A stretch of 64,000 nt of DNA from Gemmatimonadota bacterium. GTDB taxonomy: Bacteria; Gemmatimonadota; Gemmatimonadetes; Palauibacterales; Palauibacteraceae. Shown here in pieces: positions 40,210 through 50,902 of the stretch. Both the position numbers and the translations under genes were made by a program. Numbering within the stretch: the stretch's first letter is position 1; every line of letters begins with the position of its first letter. Location of the stretch: NCBI GenBank assembly GCA_963666735.1, contig OY762926.1, forward strand, positions 2,752,001 to 2,816,000, written 5' to 3'. The notes under the pieces are model-generated. The model was not told the DNA's origin. It ran no database searches and saw nothing but the letters and a program-made list of their open reading frames with translations.

Positions 40210-41349
40210 CTACCGGAACCGGCTTCGGTCGATGCCGGGGATGATGCGGAGCGCGTTCTCGAAGTACACCTTGCGCAGGATCTCGTCCGGGAGGTCGAGG
40301 CCGTACATGCGCCAGAAGGCGTGGTACTTCCGGTAGTAGGGGAAGTACTCGTCCGCGGTCTCCAGCACGCGGAAGTAGGTGGGGTACTCGTCCGGCGCCC
40401 AGGAGTCCTTCCCCATCAGAATCCGGTCCTGGTACTCGATGAAGAACTCGCGGGCGAAGCGCGGCTGTCGGCCCGGCTCGTAGATCACCGCGCCGAGCCC
40501 GACGTTCATGTTGGGGATCTCGTCCAGCAGGCGCCCGAGACGGCCGAGATCGTGGCCGAGCCACGCGAGGTGCGCGGCGATGAAGGTCGTCTCCGGGTGT
40601 CGGCGGAACATGTTCAACTGCTCGCCCAGCACCTGTTCGAAGGAGGGCGGGCCGCTCTGCCGGCGGCGGGGCCGCAGGCGAAGCTCGAGCCAGCGCTCGT
40701 TGTGCTCGTCCATCGGCTCCCAGAACTCCGCCGGGTCCGCCGAGTGGATGAGAACCGGAATCCCGAGTTCGCCCGCCTTGGCCCAGATCGGATCGAGGCG
40801 GGGGTCGTCGGCGGAGACGCGCTGTCCGGCCGCGTCGGTGATCCACAACCCGAGGCTCTTGAAGATCTTGAGGCCCCGGGCGCCGGCCTCCACGTCGGCC
40901 TCCAGGCGAGCCGCGGCGAGCGCCCCGAACTCCGGATCCGCGATGTCGCCGAAGTCGACGTTCGCGAACACGACGAAACGCCCCGGATACGCCGCTTCGA
41001 AGGCGTCGATCTGCCGCGCGAGCTGCGTGCCGGTCCCCCCGCTCAGGTTCACGCCGACGGCAAGGTTGAGCGCGTCCATGTCGCGCACGAGTTGGTCCAT
41101 CTGCGTCGGGGGCATCATCCCGTTGAGGTGCAGGTGAACGTCGACGAAGGGGAAGGCGGCGCGCGAGACCGGGTTCTCGGGCACGACGAGGGTCGAGCGG
41201 GGGTCGTACGCCTCGACCGTCATCGGCGGGGATGTGTCGGGGGGCACGGGCGGCGGGCCGCGCCGCGCCTGGGCCTCGGCCGGGGTCGCGACCGGCCACA
41301 CGCCGCCCAGCATGACCGCGATCAGCGCTATCGTTCGTCCATCCCTCAT
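40210..41349 (-). CDS. Secreted amidohydrolase family protein (Amidohydro_2)
   Basis: Signal peptide, VDVHLH, GLKIFK, PVLIHSADP, IAAHL and RILMGKD. Confidence 0.9.
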   Translation of the reverse strand: MRDGRTIALIAVMLGGVWPVATPAEAQARRGPPPVPPDTSPPMTVEAYDPRSTLVVPENPVSRAAFPFVDVHLHLNGMMPPTQMDQLVRDMDALNLAVGVNLSGGTGTQLARQIDAFEAAYPGRFVVFANVDFGDIADPEFGALAAARLEADVEAGARGLKIFKSLGLWITDAAGQRVSADDPRLDPIWAKAGELGIPVLIHSADPAEFWEPMDEHNERWLELRLRPRRRQSGPPSFEQVLGEQLNMFRRHPETTFIAAHLAWLGHDLGRLGRLLDEIPNMNVGLGAVIYEPGRQPRFAREFFIEYQDRILMGKDSWAPDEYPTYFRVLETADEYFPYYRKYHAFWRMYGLDLPDEILRKVYFENALRIIPGIDRSRFR

Positions 41350-41394
41350 CCCTGCATCTCCCTCTCCAGATCCGAGCCGGAATCCGGCGCGGCG

Positions 41395-42153
41395 CTACCT
41401 CGCGAAATGCGCGGCGATACGGTCGGCCAGCGCGGCGATCATCTTCTCGCCGAGTTGCGCCGTCGCGCCGCGGGCATCGCCCAGGATGCCGTTCGGCGTC
41501 ACGCTCGCGAATCCGTCGCCCAGCACGCGCCGGATGAGTTCCGGTTCCTCTTCCGGCGTCGTCAGGCGCCCGCACTCGGCCAGTTCCTCGCGGACGATGC
41601 CCTCGTGCATGGCCATCATGATCGAGGTCTCGGCGATATCGGCGTGGCCACCCACGCGGGCTCCGCGACCTGCCTCCGCCTCCGCGACCCCGCGCCAGAC
41701 CCCGATGACCCCGGGGAGGTCCGCGTACACGTCCACGGAACAGCCGGGCCCCGCCGCCTCGTTGAACGCGTCACGCGCCTCGGCGAGCGGAGCGAAGTTC
41801 CCGCCGTGCGAGGGGACGAAGCAAACGCGCCGGAAGCCGTGGTGCGCGAGGCTCGAACAGTAGTCGCGGCAGACGGCGAGGAAGGTGTCTCTCCCGAGCG
41901 TGACGGTGCCGGGGAACGCCATGTGGTGCGCCGACCAGCCGACGCGGATCGTGGGAGCGACGAGCGCGCCACCGAGCCGTCGGGCGACCTCGACCGCCAG
42001 CCGGTCGCCGTGCTCGGCATCCATGAACAGCGGCAAATGCGGCCCGTGCTGCTCCACCGCCCCCGCCGCGACGACGACGGTGGTGACCCCGGCCGCGATC
42101 GCCGCCCCGATCTCGGGCGAGGTCATCCGTTCCATCCGTATTTCGGCAGACAT
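41395..42153 (-). CDS. Creatininase family protein
   Basis: GAVEQHGPHLPLFMD, SAHHMAFPGT, SHGGN, GGHADIAETS and NGILGD. Confidence 0.92.
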   Translation of the reverse strand: MSAEIRMERMTSPEIGAAIAAGVTTVVVAAGAVEQHGPHLPLFMDAEHGDRLAVEVARRLGGALVAPTIRVGWSAHHMAFPGTVTLGRDTFLAVCRDYCSSLAHHGFRRVCFVPSHGGNFAPLAEARDAFNEAAGPGCSVDVYADLPGVIGVWRGVAEAEAGRGARVGGHADIAETSIMMAMHEGIVREELAECGRLTTPEEEPELIRRVLGDGFASVTPNGILGDARGATAQLGEKMIAALADRIAAHFAR

Positions 42154-42263
42154 GGGTGACGCTCCGGCTCGCTGGAGGGGAGAGAATCTCCGTTCGCGTG
42201 CAATATCGCGCCGAAGATCCGGCGATGCGGAGGTCTACGCCACCCTGGGACGCGTGGGATCCG

Positions 42264-42632
42264 TTATCCCTCCTCGAGGATCGTCCGCAGGCGCTCGATC
42301 TCCTCCGGGGCAAGTTTCTCGTCTTCGATCAATTGCGTGATCATGGGGACCAGCGAGCCCCCCGTGATGCGGTCGGCCAGCGCCTCCAGCCGCCCGGACG
42401 CGTACGCCTCGCGGCTGATCTGTGCCGAAAAGAGCTGAGTCCCGAGACTGCCGTCACGGTGGACGAAACCCTTGTCCTCGAGCCGCTGCAGGAGTCGCTG
42501 GATGGTGCCGTGCGCCGACCTCGTGGCGTCCGGATAGAGCTGTTCGCGGAGTCGGCGCGCCGTGAGGCGCCCCTCCTTCCAGAGTTGCTCCATGACCGCG
42601 AGTTCGGCGTTGGCCAGACGCGGCGTCGTCAT
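42264..42632 (-). CDS. BlaI/MecI/CopY family transcriptional repressor
   Basis: LANAELAVMEQLW, TIQRLLQRLEDKGFV and GGSL...EEIERLR. Confidence 0.92.
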   Translation of the reverse strand: MTTPRLANAELAVMEQLWKEGRLTARRLREQLYPDATRSAHGTIQRLLQRLEDKGFVHRDGSLGTQLFSAQISREAYASGRLEALADRITGGSLVPMITQLIEDEKLAPEEIERLRTILEEG

Positions 42633-42684
42633 GTGGATCCCCTTCTTGATCGGCTTCGGCACGGGGGCGTCGACCCCCGCACCA

Positions 42685-44265
42685 TCATCTCTTGAGGCGC
42701 AGCTTCACACACGTCATCGCGCCGGTGACGCCGACGCCATCGGAAGAACTCACGATCGAGCCGTCCGCACCGCTGCATTCGATGTGCAGCCTACCGAGGA
42801 ACCCGTTCACCGCGAGGGGACGCACGCGCAGGTGGCGGGCGAGTTCGGCCCTCACCGCCGCCGCTTGCGGCGAGAGCCCGGCCTCCAGCATCGCGGATCG
42901 AAGACCCGCGAGGTCCAACTCAACGACCTTGTGGTCTCCGGCTCCGTCGTCCGGCGTCACGGCCAGGAACAGGTCGGCGGGAGTGCGGTCGGAGAGGGCC
43001 GCCTCCCCGGCGGCACGCACGGCCCTGGCGAGTTCGACCGGGAGTGCGTGCTCCGCCGCGAATGCCTCGAGTTGGTCGCCGAGCGTGCGCAGCTGCAGGG
43101 GTCGGTCCGCAGCCGGACCGTCACCCCCTCCATCGAGCTGCGCGATTGCCGCCTCCTGATCCGAGCGCGGGTAGAAACCGCTCGGCGCGAGATCCAGATC
43201 GCCGACGCGCGTGTCCAGGTTCTTCGAAACGATGGCCGGGTCGACGGAGGTGAGGTCGGACTGATCAGTGCAGTAGATGAGGCCGCCCGCGAGCAGGCAG
43301 ACGGCTCCCGAGCGCAGGGCGACGCGGAGCCAGCGCGGGGTGGGGGTCGGGGTGCGGGTCGTCATGATCACGCGAAATCTCCTTTCAAGCCGTGACGCTC
43401 GGCCGCAGCGGTCGAGCGTGCTCGCGAAGGTGAGGGGGCCCGGCGCCGGAGTCTTCGACATGAAGTCGATCACTCGGAGTAGCGCCCCGGCGTAGGCGCG
43501 GGGTTCGGCTTCGATCGTCGCGACGGCGAGAGCGTCGCAGCACAACTCCTCGGACGCCCTCAACCGCCGGCGGGCCCACCAGGCCACCGGGTTCCACCAG
43601 AAGGCCGCGCAGGCGAGCCATTCGAGCCAGCGCACGACGTGGTCGCGGCGCCGGACGTGGGCGAGTTCGTGCGCCAGGATGCAGCGCAGTTCCGACGCGT
43701 CCATGTCGCCCAGAAGCTCCGAGGGGAGGAGGACCCGGATTTTCCCGCCGGCCCACCACACCATCGGCGACAACTGCGCGCGCGTCGCGTACACGGTCGG
43801 GGCCGGGCCGAGTCCGATCCTGTGGGCGACCTCCCGCGCGAGGCGCTGGACCTCGGGCGGCGCGGTTTGCGATGCCCTCGCGAGCGAGCGATGGAAGCGC
43901 AGCGTGCGCACGAGCGTCCATCCGAGTATGGAAGCCGTGCCCGCGAGCCATAGCCAGACAAGCGCTTCCTTGCCGTGGCTCCCGAGCCAACCGAGCAGCA
44001 TGGCCCACGCCGATGGCGCCGGTTCCGCCTGCGGAAGGCCGACCGCAGCCAGCGGCCCGACCGGATTGACTTCCGCCGACCAGACCGGAATCGAGACGAC
44101 CGGCGGTACGAGCAGGACCGCGAGCGGCAGCAGCCACAGCCCGTGCGCCAGCGGAGGGCTCCCGAGGCGCCGCGCCACGAGCCGCGCCACGATCCACGCC
44201 ACTCCGGCAAGGCCGATCGAGATCGCCAGCTTGCTGGCCCCGATCTGGAGAATCACGTCCGTCAT
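42685..44265 (-). CDS. M56 family (BlaR1/MecR1-like) membrane metallopeptidase/sensor
   Basis: TM helices, ILAHELAHVRRRDH, FWWNPVAWW, EELCCDALAV and YAGALL. The C-terminal extracellular region is not recognisable. Confidence 0.9.
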   Translation of the reverse strand: MTDVILQIGASKLAISIGLAGVAWIVARLVARRLGSPPLAHGLWLLPLAVLLVPPVVSIPVWSAEVNPVGPLAAVGLPQAEPAPSAWAMLLGWLGSHGKEALVWLWLAGTASILGWTLVRTLRFHRSLARASQTAPPEVQRLAREVAHRIGLGPAPTVYATRAQLSPMVWWAGGKIRVLLPSELLGDMDASELRCILAHELAHVRRRDHVVRWLEWLACAAFWWNPVAWWARRRLRASEELCCDALAVATIEAEPRAYAGALLRVIDFMSKTPAPGPLTFASTLDRCGRASRLERRFRVIMTTRTPTPTPRWLRVALRSGAVCLLAGGLIYCTDQSDLTSVDPAIVSKNLDTRVGDLDLAPSGFYPRSDQEAAIAQLDGGGDGPAADRPLQLRTLGDQLEAFAAEHALPVELARAVRAAGEAALSDRTPADLFLAVTPDDGAGDHKVVELDLAGLRSAMLEAGLSPQAAAVRAELARHLRVRPLAVNGFLGRLHIECSGADGSIVSSSDGVGVTGAMTCVKLRLKR

Positions 44266-44296
44266 CCGTCTCCCGCTCGATTCGGAACAGTCTTTC

Positions 44297-44336
44297 TCAC
44301 GACGACATGTCGTAATCTTACGACGAAATGTCGTGA
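44297..44336. promoter_or_regulatory. Tandem BlaI-type palindromic operators
   Basis: TCACGAC-GACAT-GTCGTAA and TTACGAC-GAAAT-GTCGTGA (ACGAC-N5-GTCGT twice, 21-bp period), about 30-70 bp upstream of the M56 start. Confidence 0.8.
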
Positions 44337-44515
44337 ACATCAAGCGGGGCCGGCGAAGGCCTTCTCGCACGCGAGGTCGCCGGAGACCCCCGTTTCAGAT
44401 TCCGGTGGGTTCATCTATTGTATCCAAGCTGTATGGTCGGGTGGGGTGGCCGGTGTCGGTTCCTTCGCCCGTGCCCTCCCTCCCGCAGAACCCCCAGTCG
44501 AACGAGGTATGGAAC

Positions 44516-47500
44516 ATGCGTACGCGCTCAGGGCTCCCGGTGTCTCTGTCTCTTCTCGCGGTGCTCGCCCTCACCGCGGCCCCTCTTCCCGCTCTCGCCC
44601 AGGACGCCGGTCTGCAGGCGGCCGTCCAGGCGCTCGAATGGCGTGAAATCGGCCCCACGATCATGGGTGGCCGGGTCGCCGACATCGCGGTCGACGAGGC
44701 CGATCCGTCCACCTTCTACGTCGGCGTGGCGACGGGCGGCGTGTGGAAGACGATCAACGGCGGGTCGACCTTCGAGTCGATGTTCGACGACCAGCCGATG
44801 CTGTCCGTCGGGGACATCACCCTCGCCCCCTCGAACCCGAACGTCGTGTGGGTCGGGTCGGGAGAGCCGCAGAACCGGCAGTCCTCCCCGTGGGGGATGG
44901 GCGTGTTCCGGTCGACGGACGCCGGCCGGACGTGGACACATCTCGGACTCGAGGCGACGAACCACATCTCCCGCATCCAGGTGCACCCGCGGAATCCGGA
45001 CGTGGCCTACGTGGCGGCGATGGGTCGCCTGTGGGGCCCGAACCCCGAGCGCGGCGTGTACCGGACGATGGACGGAGGCGAGACGTGGGAACTCGTCCTC
45101 CATGTCGACGAGCACACGGGTGCGATCGACCTCGCCATGGATCCGGGCGATCCGATGACGCTGTTCGCGGCGATGTACCAGCGGCAGCGGACGCTGTGGG
45201 GCTTCAACGGCGGCGGACCGGGCGGCGGCATCTACCGGACGATGGACGGCGGCGACAACTGGACGAAGCTGGCCGGCGGCCTGCCGGAGGGTGACGTCGG
45301 CCGCATCGGGCTCGACATCTACCGCCGGGACGGCAACGTCGTGATGGCGATCGTCGAGGCCGACGCGCGCGCCCCCGGGGGCGGTGGCGGTCCGCAGGGT
45401 CCCGGAGACCCCGACCGCAAGACGGGGACCTACAAGTCGACCGACCGCGGCGAGACGTGGGTGCAGACCAGCACGACCAACAACCGTCCCATGTACTACA
45501 GCCAGATCCGCATCGACCCGAACGATCCCGAACGGATCTATCTGGGCGGATCGAGCCTGTACCGCTCCTCGGATGGCGGGAACAACTTCACGCCCGACGC
45601 GGCCTCCGAGGTCCACTCCGACCACCACGCGCTGTGGATCGACCCGGCGAACTCCGACCACCTCATCCTCGGCGGCGACGGCGGCGTCTCGATCAGCTGG
45701 GACCGCTCGGACAACTGGCGTCAGCTGACGAACCTTCCGCTGGCGCAGTTCTACGAGATCGGCGTGGATAACCGCGATCCCTACCACGTGTGCGGCGGTT
45801 TGCAGGACAACGGCTCGTGGTGCGGTCCCTCGGACACCTGGTCCAACCAGGGGATCCGGCCCCGCGACTGGTACAACATCGGGAGCGGCGACGGCTACTT
45901 CACCGTCCTCCACCCCAACGGCGAGACGATGCTCGCGGAGTCCCAGAACGGGAACCTGATGCGGACGAACCTCAAGACGGGCGAGCGCCTGCGGATGCGG
46001 CCGCTGGGACGCCCCGGGGAAGGTGAGGAGGATCCGCCCGGCTACCGCTGGAACTGGGACACGCCGATCGAGGTCTCGCCGAGCGACCCGAACACGGTCT
46101 ACTACGGCGGCAACGTGGTGTTCAAGTCGACGGACTACGGGCAGACGTGGGAGCAGATCTCCCCCGACCTGACGAAGGCCATCGACCGCCAAACGCTCGA
46201 GATCATGGGCGTCCTCGGCTCCGAGCCGATGATGTCGGCCAACGACGGGACGTCGACCTTCGGCAACATGATCTCGATCGAGGAATCGCCGCTCGATCCG
46301 ATGGTCGTGTACGCGGGCACCGACGACGGAAACCTGCAGGTGACGCGGGATGGCGGCGCGAATTGGATGAACGTGGCGCCGAACATGCCGGGCGTGCCGG
46401 ATCAGCTGTACATGACTCGCATCGTGGCCTCGCACGCCGACGCCGGCACCGTGTGGGTGGCGGGGGACAACCACCGCAACGACGACATGGCCCCGTACCT
46501 GTACGTGTCGAACGACTTCGGCGAGACGTGGCGCGCGGTAAGGGACGGGATCCCGGACGGATGGTCGCTGAACGCGCTGGCGCAGCACCCGCGCGCGGCG
46601 AACCTCCTCTTCGCCGGCAACGAGATCGGCACCTACTTCTCGATCGACGCCGGAAACTCGTGGCACCCGCTGCTGCGGAACATGCCGCCGGCGCCGGTGG
46701 ACGACATCAAGATCCAGGAGCGCGAGAACGACCTCGTCATCGGCACGCACGGACGCGGGATCTGGATCATGGAGGACATCACGCCGCTCGAGGAGCTGAG
46801 CCAGGCCGTGCTCGCCTCCGAGGTGCACCTGTTCTCGACGCAGTCGGCGGTCGCCTACAACCCGTACACGCCGCAGGGCTGGACGCCGGGCGTATGGGAG
46901 GCGGACAACCCGCCTCCGGGTGCCCGGATCCGCTACTGGCTGGGCAGCGACCTGCCGGAGGCCCCGATGGCCGACGAGGAAGGCGGCGACAGCGGCGAGC
47001 GCATCGTCACCAGCGGCGGGCCGTCCGCCAACGGCGATGACCCGGCGCCGATGTCCGCGATGGCGGGCAAGGCGACGGTCGCGATTCTCGACTCCGACGG
47101 CTCCGTGATCCGGGAACTCGAGGGCGGCGGCGGCCGCGGCCTCAACGAGGTCATGTGGGATCTGCGCTACGAGCCTCCGCCGGCCGCGCCGGGCGGTGGC
47201 GGGTTCTTCCGCGCCGGCGCCACGGCGCCCAGGATCCTGCCCGGCACGTACACGGCCCGGCTGGAGGCGGCCGGCCAGACGATGGAGACATCGGTCACCG
47301 TGCGGCTCGATCCGCGCGTGAACATCAGCAATGGCGACTTGATGGCGCGGCAGGAAGCGCTCATGAGCGCCTATGCGCTGGCGAAGCCGACCAACGAGGG
47401 ACTGCAGGCGCTGAGCCGGATGCGCGAACACCTGTCTTCCATCGAGGACCAGCTCGAGGACCACGACGTGTCCGAGTCGCTGACGGCGGACGTCGAAGCC

Positions 47501-47773
47501 GCGGGCGAGGAACTCGACGAGATCGGCGAGGAGCTCGGGACGGCCCGGGCGGGTGCCGGAGTGTCCGGCAGCCTGTCCGGCTACCACACGGCGCCAACGG
47601 CCGACATGCTGTATCAGCTCGAGCGCGGCTGGGGCGCGCTGCCCGGCGCCATCGACCGCCTCAACGCCGTCATCGAGGACCGCATGCCGGCGCTCTACGC
47701 CGCGCTGCAGGCGGCGGGGGTCCGTCCGGAGCTCGGCGATCCGGTGGAAGTTCCGATGCCGCCGATGCGCTGA
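44516..47773 (+). CDS. Secreted VPS10/sortilin-like BNR (Asp-box) repeat protein
   Basis: WREIGP..MGGR, repeated S/T-x-D-G-G-x-T-W Asp boxes, DHHALWIDP, GGLQDNG and GTHGRG. Confidence 0.9.
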   Translation: MRTRSGLPVSLSLLAVLALTAAPLPALAQDAGLQAAVQALEWREIGPTIMGGRVADIAVDEADPSTFYVGVATGGVWKTINGGSTFESMFDDQPMLSVGDITLAPSNPNVVWVGSGEPQNRQSSPWGMGVFRSTDAGRTWTHLGLEATNHISRIQVHPRNPDVAYVAAMGRLWGPNPERGVYRTMDGGETWELVLHVDEHTGAIDLAMDPGDPMTLFAAMYQRQRTLWGFNGGGPGGGIYRTMDGGDNWTKLAGGLPEGDVGRIGLDIYRRDGNVVMAIVEADARAPGGGGGPQGPGDPDRKTGTYKSTDRGETWVQTSTTNNRPMYYSQIRIDPNDPERIYLGGSSLYRSSDGGNNFTPDAASEVHSDHHALWIDPANSDHLILGGDGGVSISWDRSDNWRQLTNLPLAQFYEIGVDNRDPYHVCGGLQDNGSWCGPSDTWSNQGIRPRDWYNIGSGDGYFTVLHPNGETMLAESQNGNLMRTNLKTGERLRMRPLGRPGEGEEDPPGYRWNWDTPIEVSPSDPNTVYYGGNVVFKSTDYGQTWEQISPDLTKAIDRQTLEIMGVLGSEPMMSANDGTSTFGNMISIEESPLDPMVVYAGTDDGNLQVTRDGGANWMNVAPNMPGVPDQLYMTRIVASHADAGTVWVAGDNHRNDDMAPYLYVSNDFGETWRAVRDGIPDGWSLNALAQHPRAANLLFAGNEIGTYFSIDAGNSWHPLLRNMPPAPVDDIKIQERENDLVIGTHGRGIWIMEDITPLEELSQAVLASEVHLFSTQSAVAYNPYTPQGWTPGVWEADNPPPGARIRYWLGSDLPEAPMADEEGGDSGERIVTSGGPSANGDDPAPMSAMAGKATVAILDSDGSVIRELEGGGGRGLNEVMWDLRYEPPPAAPGGGGFFRAGATAPRILPGTYTARLEAAGQTMETSVTVRLDPRVNISNGDLMARQEALMSAYALAKPTNEGLQALSRMREHLSSIEDQLEDHDVSESLTADVEAAGEELDEIGEELGTARAGAGVSGSLSGYHTAPTADMLYQLERGWGALPGAIDRLNAVIEDRMPALYAALQAAGVRPELGDPVEVPMPPMR

Positions 47774-47976
47774 CGCAGCCGCCGGACTGCCGGGGCCGGG
47801 CGTTGAACCCGGCTCCAGCCGAAGCCGCCCGCCGCGAACCCGGAGATTCGGGCTCGCCGGCGGGCGGCGGCGCTTCCGGCCGGGAGGACTTTGGCTTCCG
47901 GGTACGCCGTCGCCATAATGGGTGCCGAAACTCTGCACACGATTCGCGCCACGATTCGCGCAAGGAGAGTCCGCAA

Positions 47977-50826
47977 ATGTCGTTTTCCGCCCCCCACCGG
48001 GCTTTCGCCCGCCGCGTCCCGCCGGCCATCGCGATCGTCCTCGGAGCCCTGGTCGCCCGACCCGGCGTCGCGCAGGAGCTGACGACGCCCGAGGCGTTCT
48101 TCGGCCACCGGATCGGCGCCGACTACGAACTCCCGGACTACGGCGACCTCACCCGCTACTGGGAGACGCTGGCCGCCGAATCGCCGCGCATGACGCTGCA
48201 GTCGATCGGGACGACGGCCGAGGGCCGCGAGCAGCTCATGGCGATCGTGACCTCGCCCGAGAACCACGCGAACCTCGACGACTACCGGGAGATTTCCCAA
48301 CGCCTGGCGCTCGCGAGGGGTGTGTCGGAGGAAGAGGCCCGGGCCCTTGCCCGGCGCGGCAAGGCGGTCGTGTGGATCGACGGCGGCCTCCACGCGACGG
48401 AGGTGCTGGGCGCGCAGCAGCTGATGGAGACGCTGTGGCAGTTCGTGAGCGGGACCGACGACGAGACGATGCGGATCCTCGACGACGTCATCATCCTCTT
48501 CGTCCACGCGAACCCCGACGGGATGGACCTCGTCTCGAACTGGTACACGCGGATCGAGGAGAAGACGGAGCGCAGCACGCGCGGCATCCCCGTCCTCTAC
48601 CAGAAGTACGTGGGGCATGACAACAACCGCGACTTCTATTCGTCCTTCCAGCCGGAATCGGAGAACATGAACCGGCAGATGTACCGGACGTGGTATCCGC
48701 AGATCGTCTACAACCACCACCAGACGGGGCCCACGGGGACCGTCCTCTTCGCGCCTCCCTTCCGCGATCCCTTCAACTACAACATCGACCCCATGGTCAT
48801 TACGGGGATCGATCTCGTGGGGTCGGCCATGCACTCGCGCTTCACGGAGGAGGGGAAGCCGGGAGCGACGCGGCGGCGCGGCGCGAACTACTCCACGTGG
48901 TGGAACGGCGGCCTGCGCACGACGCCCTACTTCAAGAACATGATCGGGCTCCTCACGGAGACGATCGGAAACCCGACCCCGATGGAGATCCCGCTCATCC
49001 TCGAGCGGGTGCTGCCCAACGACAATCTGCCCGCCCCGATCGAGCCGCAGCCGTGGCACTTCCGGCAGTCGGTCGACTACTCGGTGACCGCGAACAAGGC
49101 GGTGCTCGACGTCGCCTCGCGCTACCGGGAGACGTTCCTGTACCGCATCTGGCGCATGGGGATGAACTCGATCGAGCGGGGAGGCGAGGACAGCTGGACG
49201 ATCCACCCGAGGCGCGTGGACTGGCTGCGCCAGGAGATGCGGGCCGGGGCGGGCGAGACGGACTTCGCCCGCAACGTCGGCGGCTTCGGCGGCAGCCGCG
49301 GTACGCGCGCGGACTACGAGAAGCTGTTCGACTCCGACCTGCGCGACCCTCGCGGGTACATCCTCCCCTCGGACCAGGCCGACTTCCCGACCGCGACGAA
49401 GTTCGTCAACGCGCTGCTCGAGAACGGCGTCGCCGTGGAGCGCGCGACCTCGGACTTCGCGGTCGGCGCGGAACAGTATCCGGAGGGCTCGTATGTGGTG
49501 CGGGCCGCGCAGGCGTTCCGGCCGCACGTGCTCGACATGTTCGAGCCGCAGGACCACCCGGACGACTTCCCTTATCCGGGGGCGTCCCCGACCCCGCCGT
49601 ACGACAACGCGGGGTGGACGCTCGCGATCCAGATGGGGGTCGAGTTCGACCGCATCCTGGAGGGCTTCGACGGGCCCTTCGAGGAGATCACCGACTGGAA
49701 CGCGAGCCCGATGCCGGGCGTCGTCGCGGACGCGGACGGGGCGGACGGCTTCCTGTTCAGCCACGAGGCGAACGACGCGTTCACGGCGATCAACCGGCTC
49801 CAGGCCTCGGGGCACGAGGTCTACTGGCTCACTTCCGCGCTGCGCGAAGGCGGTCGGATGCACCCGCCCGGGACCTTCTACGTCAAGAACCGGCGCGGCA
49901 CGGGCGACGCGGTCGCGGAGCTGGCCGCCGAACTGGGAATCGGTTTTCGGGGTCTGGCGAACGACCCGGACGCGGAGGCCCTGCGCCTGCGGGCGCCCCG
50001 GATCGCGCTCTGGGACACGTACGGCGGCTCCATGCCGTCCGGCTGGATTCGCTGGATCCTCGAGCAGTTCGAGTACGCAGACTTCGAACTCGCCTTCCCG
50101 CAGCGGCTCAACGCGGGAGATCTGAGCGACGACTACGATGTCATCATCTTCCCGCAGGGCGCCATCGGTTCGCAGTTCGAGGAGGTCTTCGCGGGCGTTC
50201 CCGACTCCGTCCGGCAGCGAATGATGCGCCAGTTCGGGTTCGGCGCGCCGGATCCGGAGACGATTCCCGAGGAGTACCGGGACCGGCTGGGCCGGGTCAC
50301 CCCCGATGCGACGATGCCGGCGCTGATCGAGTTCCTCGAGGACGGCGGCTCGATCGTCACCATCGGCGGTTCCACCTCTCTCGGACAGGGGCTGGGACTC
50401 CCGCTGGAGGACCACCTCGTGAAGGATGGGCAACCGTTGGGCCGGGAGGAGTACTACGTGCCCGGATCGATCCTGGAGGTCACGGTGGACAACTCGCGGC
50501 TCGTCACCACGGGGGTGCCGTCAACGCTCCCGGTATCGTTCAACAACAGCCCGGTGTTCAGCGTCACGGCGCTGGCGGCGGGAGACAACGGTGCGAGCGG
50601 CGTGACGCCGCTCGCCTGGTTCGACACCGACCAACCGCTCATCAGCGGCTGGGCCTGGGGCCAGGAGTACCTCCAGGGCGGCGTGACGATGGCGGAGGCC
50701 GAGGTGGGCGACGGGCACCTGTACCTGTTCGGCCCGCTCATCACGCGGCGCGCCCAGCCGCACGGCACCTTCAAGTTCCTGTTCAACGCGATCGCGCTCT
50801 CGACCGCCGAGCCCGAGCGCCCGTAG
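47977..50826 (+). CDS. Secreted M14 family zinc carboxypeptidase
   Basis: AAGGAG RBS, IG.T.EGR, GLHATE (HxxE), NPDG, HDNNRD and YNHHQ. Confidence 0.9.
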   Translation: MSFSAPHRAFARRVPPAIAIVLGALVARPGVAQELTTPEAFFGHRIGADYELPDYGDLTRYWETLAAESPRMTLQSIGTTAEGREQLMAIVTSPENHANLDDYREISQRLALARGVSEEEARALARRGKAVVWIDGGLHATEVLGAQQLMETLWQFVSGTDDETMRILDDVIILFVHANPDGMDLVSNWYTRIEEKTERSTRGIPVLYQKYVGHDNNRDFYSSFQPESENMNRQMYRTWYPQIVYNHHQTGPTGTVLFAPPFRDPFNYNIDPMVITGIDLVGSAMHSRFTEEGKPGATRRRGANYSTWWNGGLRTTPYFKNMIGLLTETIGNPTPMEIPLILERVLPNDNLPAPIEPQPWHFRQSVDYSVTANKAVLDVASRYRETFLYRIWRMGMNSIERGGEDSWTIHPRRVDWLRQEMRAGAGETDFARNVGGFGGSRGTRADYEKLFDSDLRDPRGYILPSDQADFPTATKFVNALLENGVAVERATSDFAVGAEQYPEGSYVVRAAQAFRPHVLDMFEPQDHPDDFPYPGASPTPPYDNAGWTLAIQMGVEFDRILEGFDGPFEEITDWNASPMPGVVADADGADGFLFSHEANDAFTAINRLQASGHEVYWLTSALREGGRMHPPGTFYVKNRRGTGDAVAELAAELGIGFRGLANDPDAEALRLRAPRIALWDTYGGSMPSGWIRWILEQFEYADFELAFPQRLNAGDLSDDYDVIIFPQGAIGSQFEEVFAGVPDSVRQRMMRQFGFGAPDPETIPEEYRDRLGRVTPDATMPALIEFLEDGGSIVTIGGSTSLGQGLGLPLEDHLVKDGQPLGREEYYVPGSILEVTVDNSRLVTTGVPSTLPVSFNNSPVFSVTALAAGDNGASGVTPLAWFDTDQPLISGWAWGQEYLQGGVTMAEAEVGDGHLYLFGPLITRRAQPHGTFKFLFNAIALSTAEPERP

Positions 50827-50902
50827 GGCCGTAGGGGCGCTCAAGGGCTCGGACGGAACGATTCGGGGGATCCGGTCGTCGTTGGCCGGCCGCTTCCCCC
50901 CC

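Noticed and set aside
33135..50433. Very long antisense or alternate-frame ORFs (e.g. 33135..36866 +, 44528..47938 -, 47695..50433 -)
   Set aside because: Shadow ORFs of high-GC genes: Arg/Pro/Ala-rich, without motifs, and overlapping well-supported CDSs.
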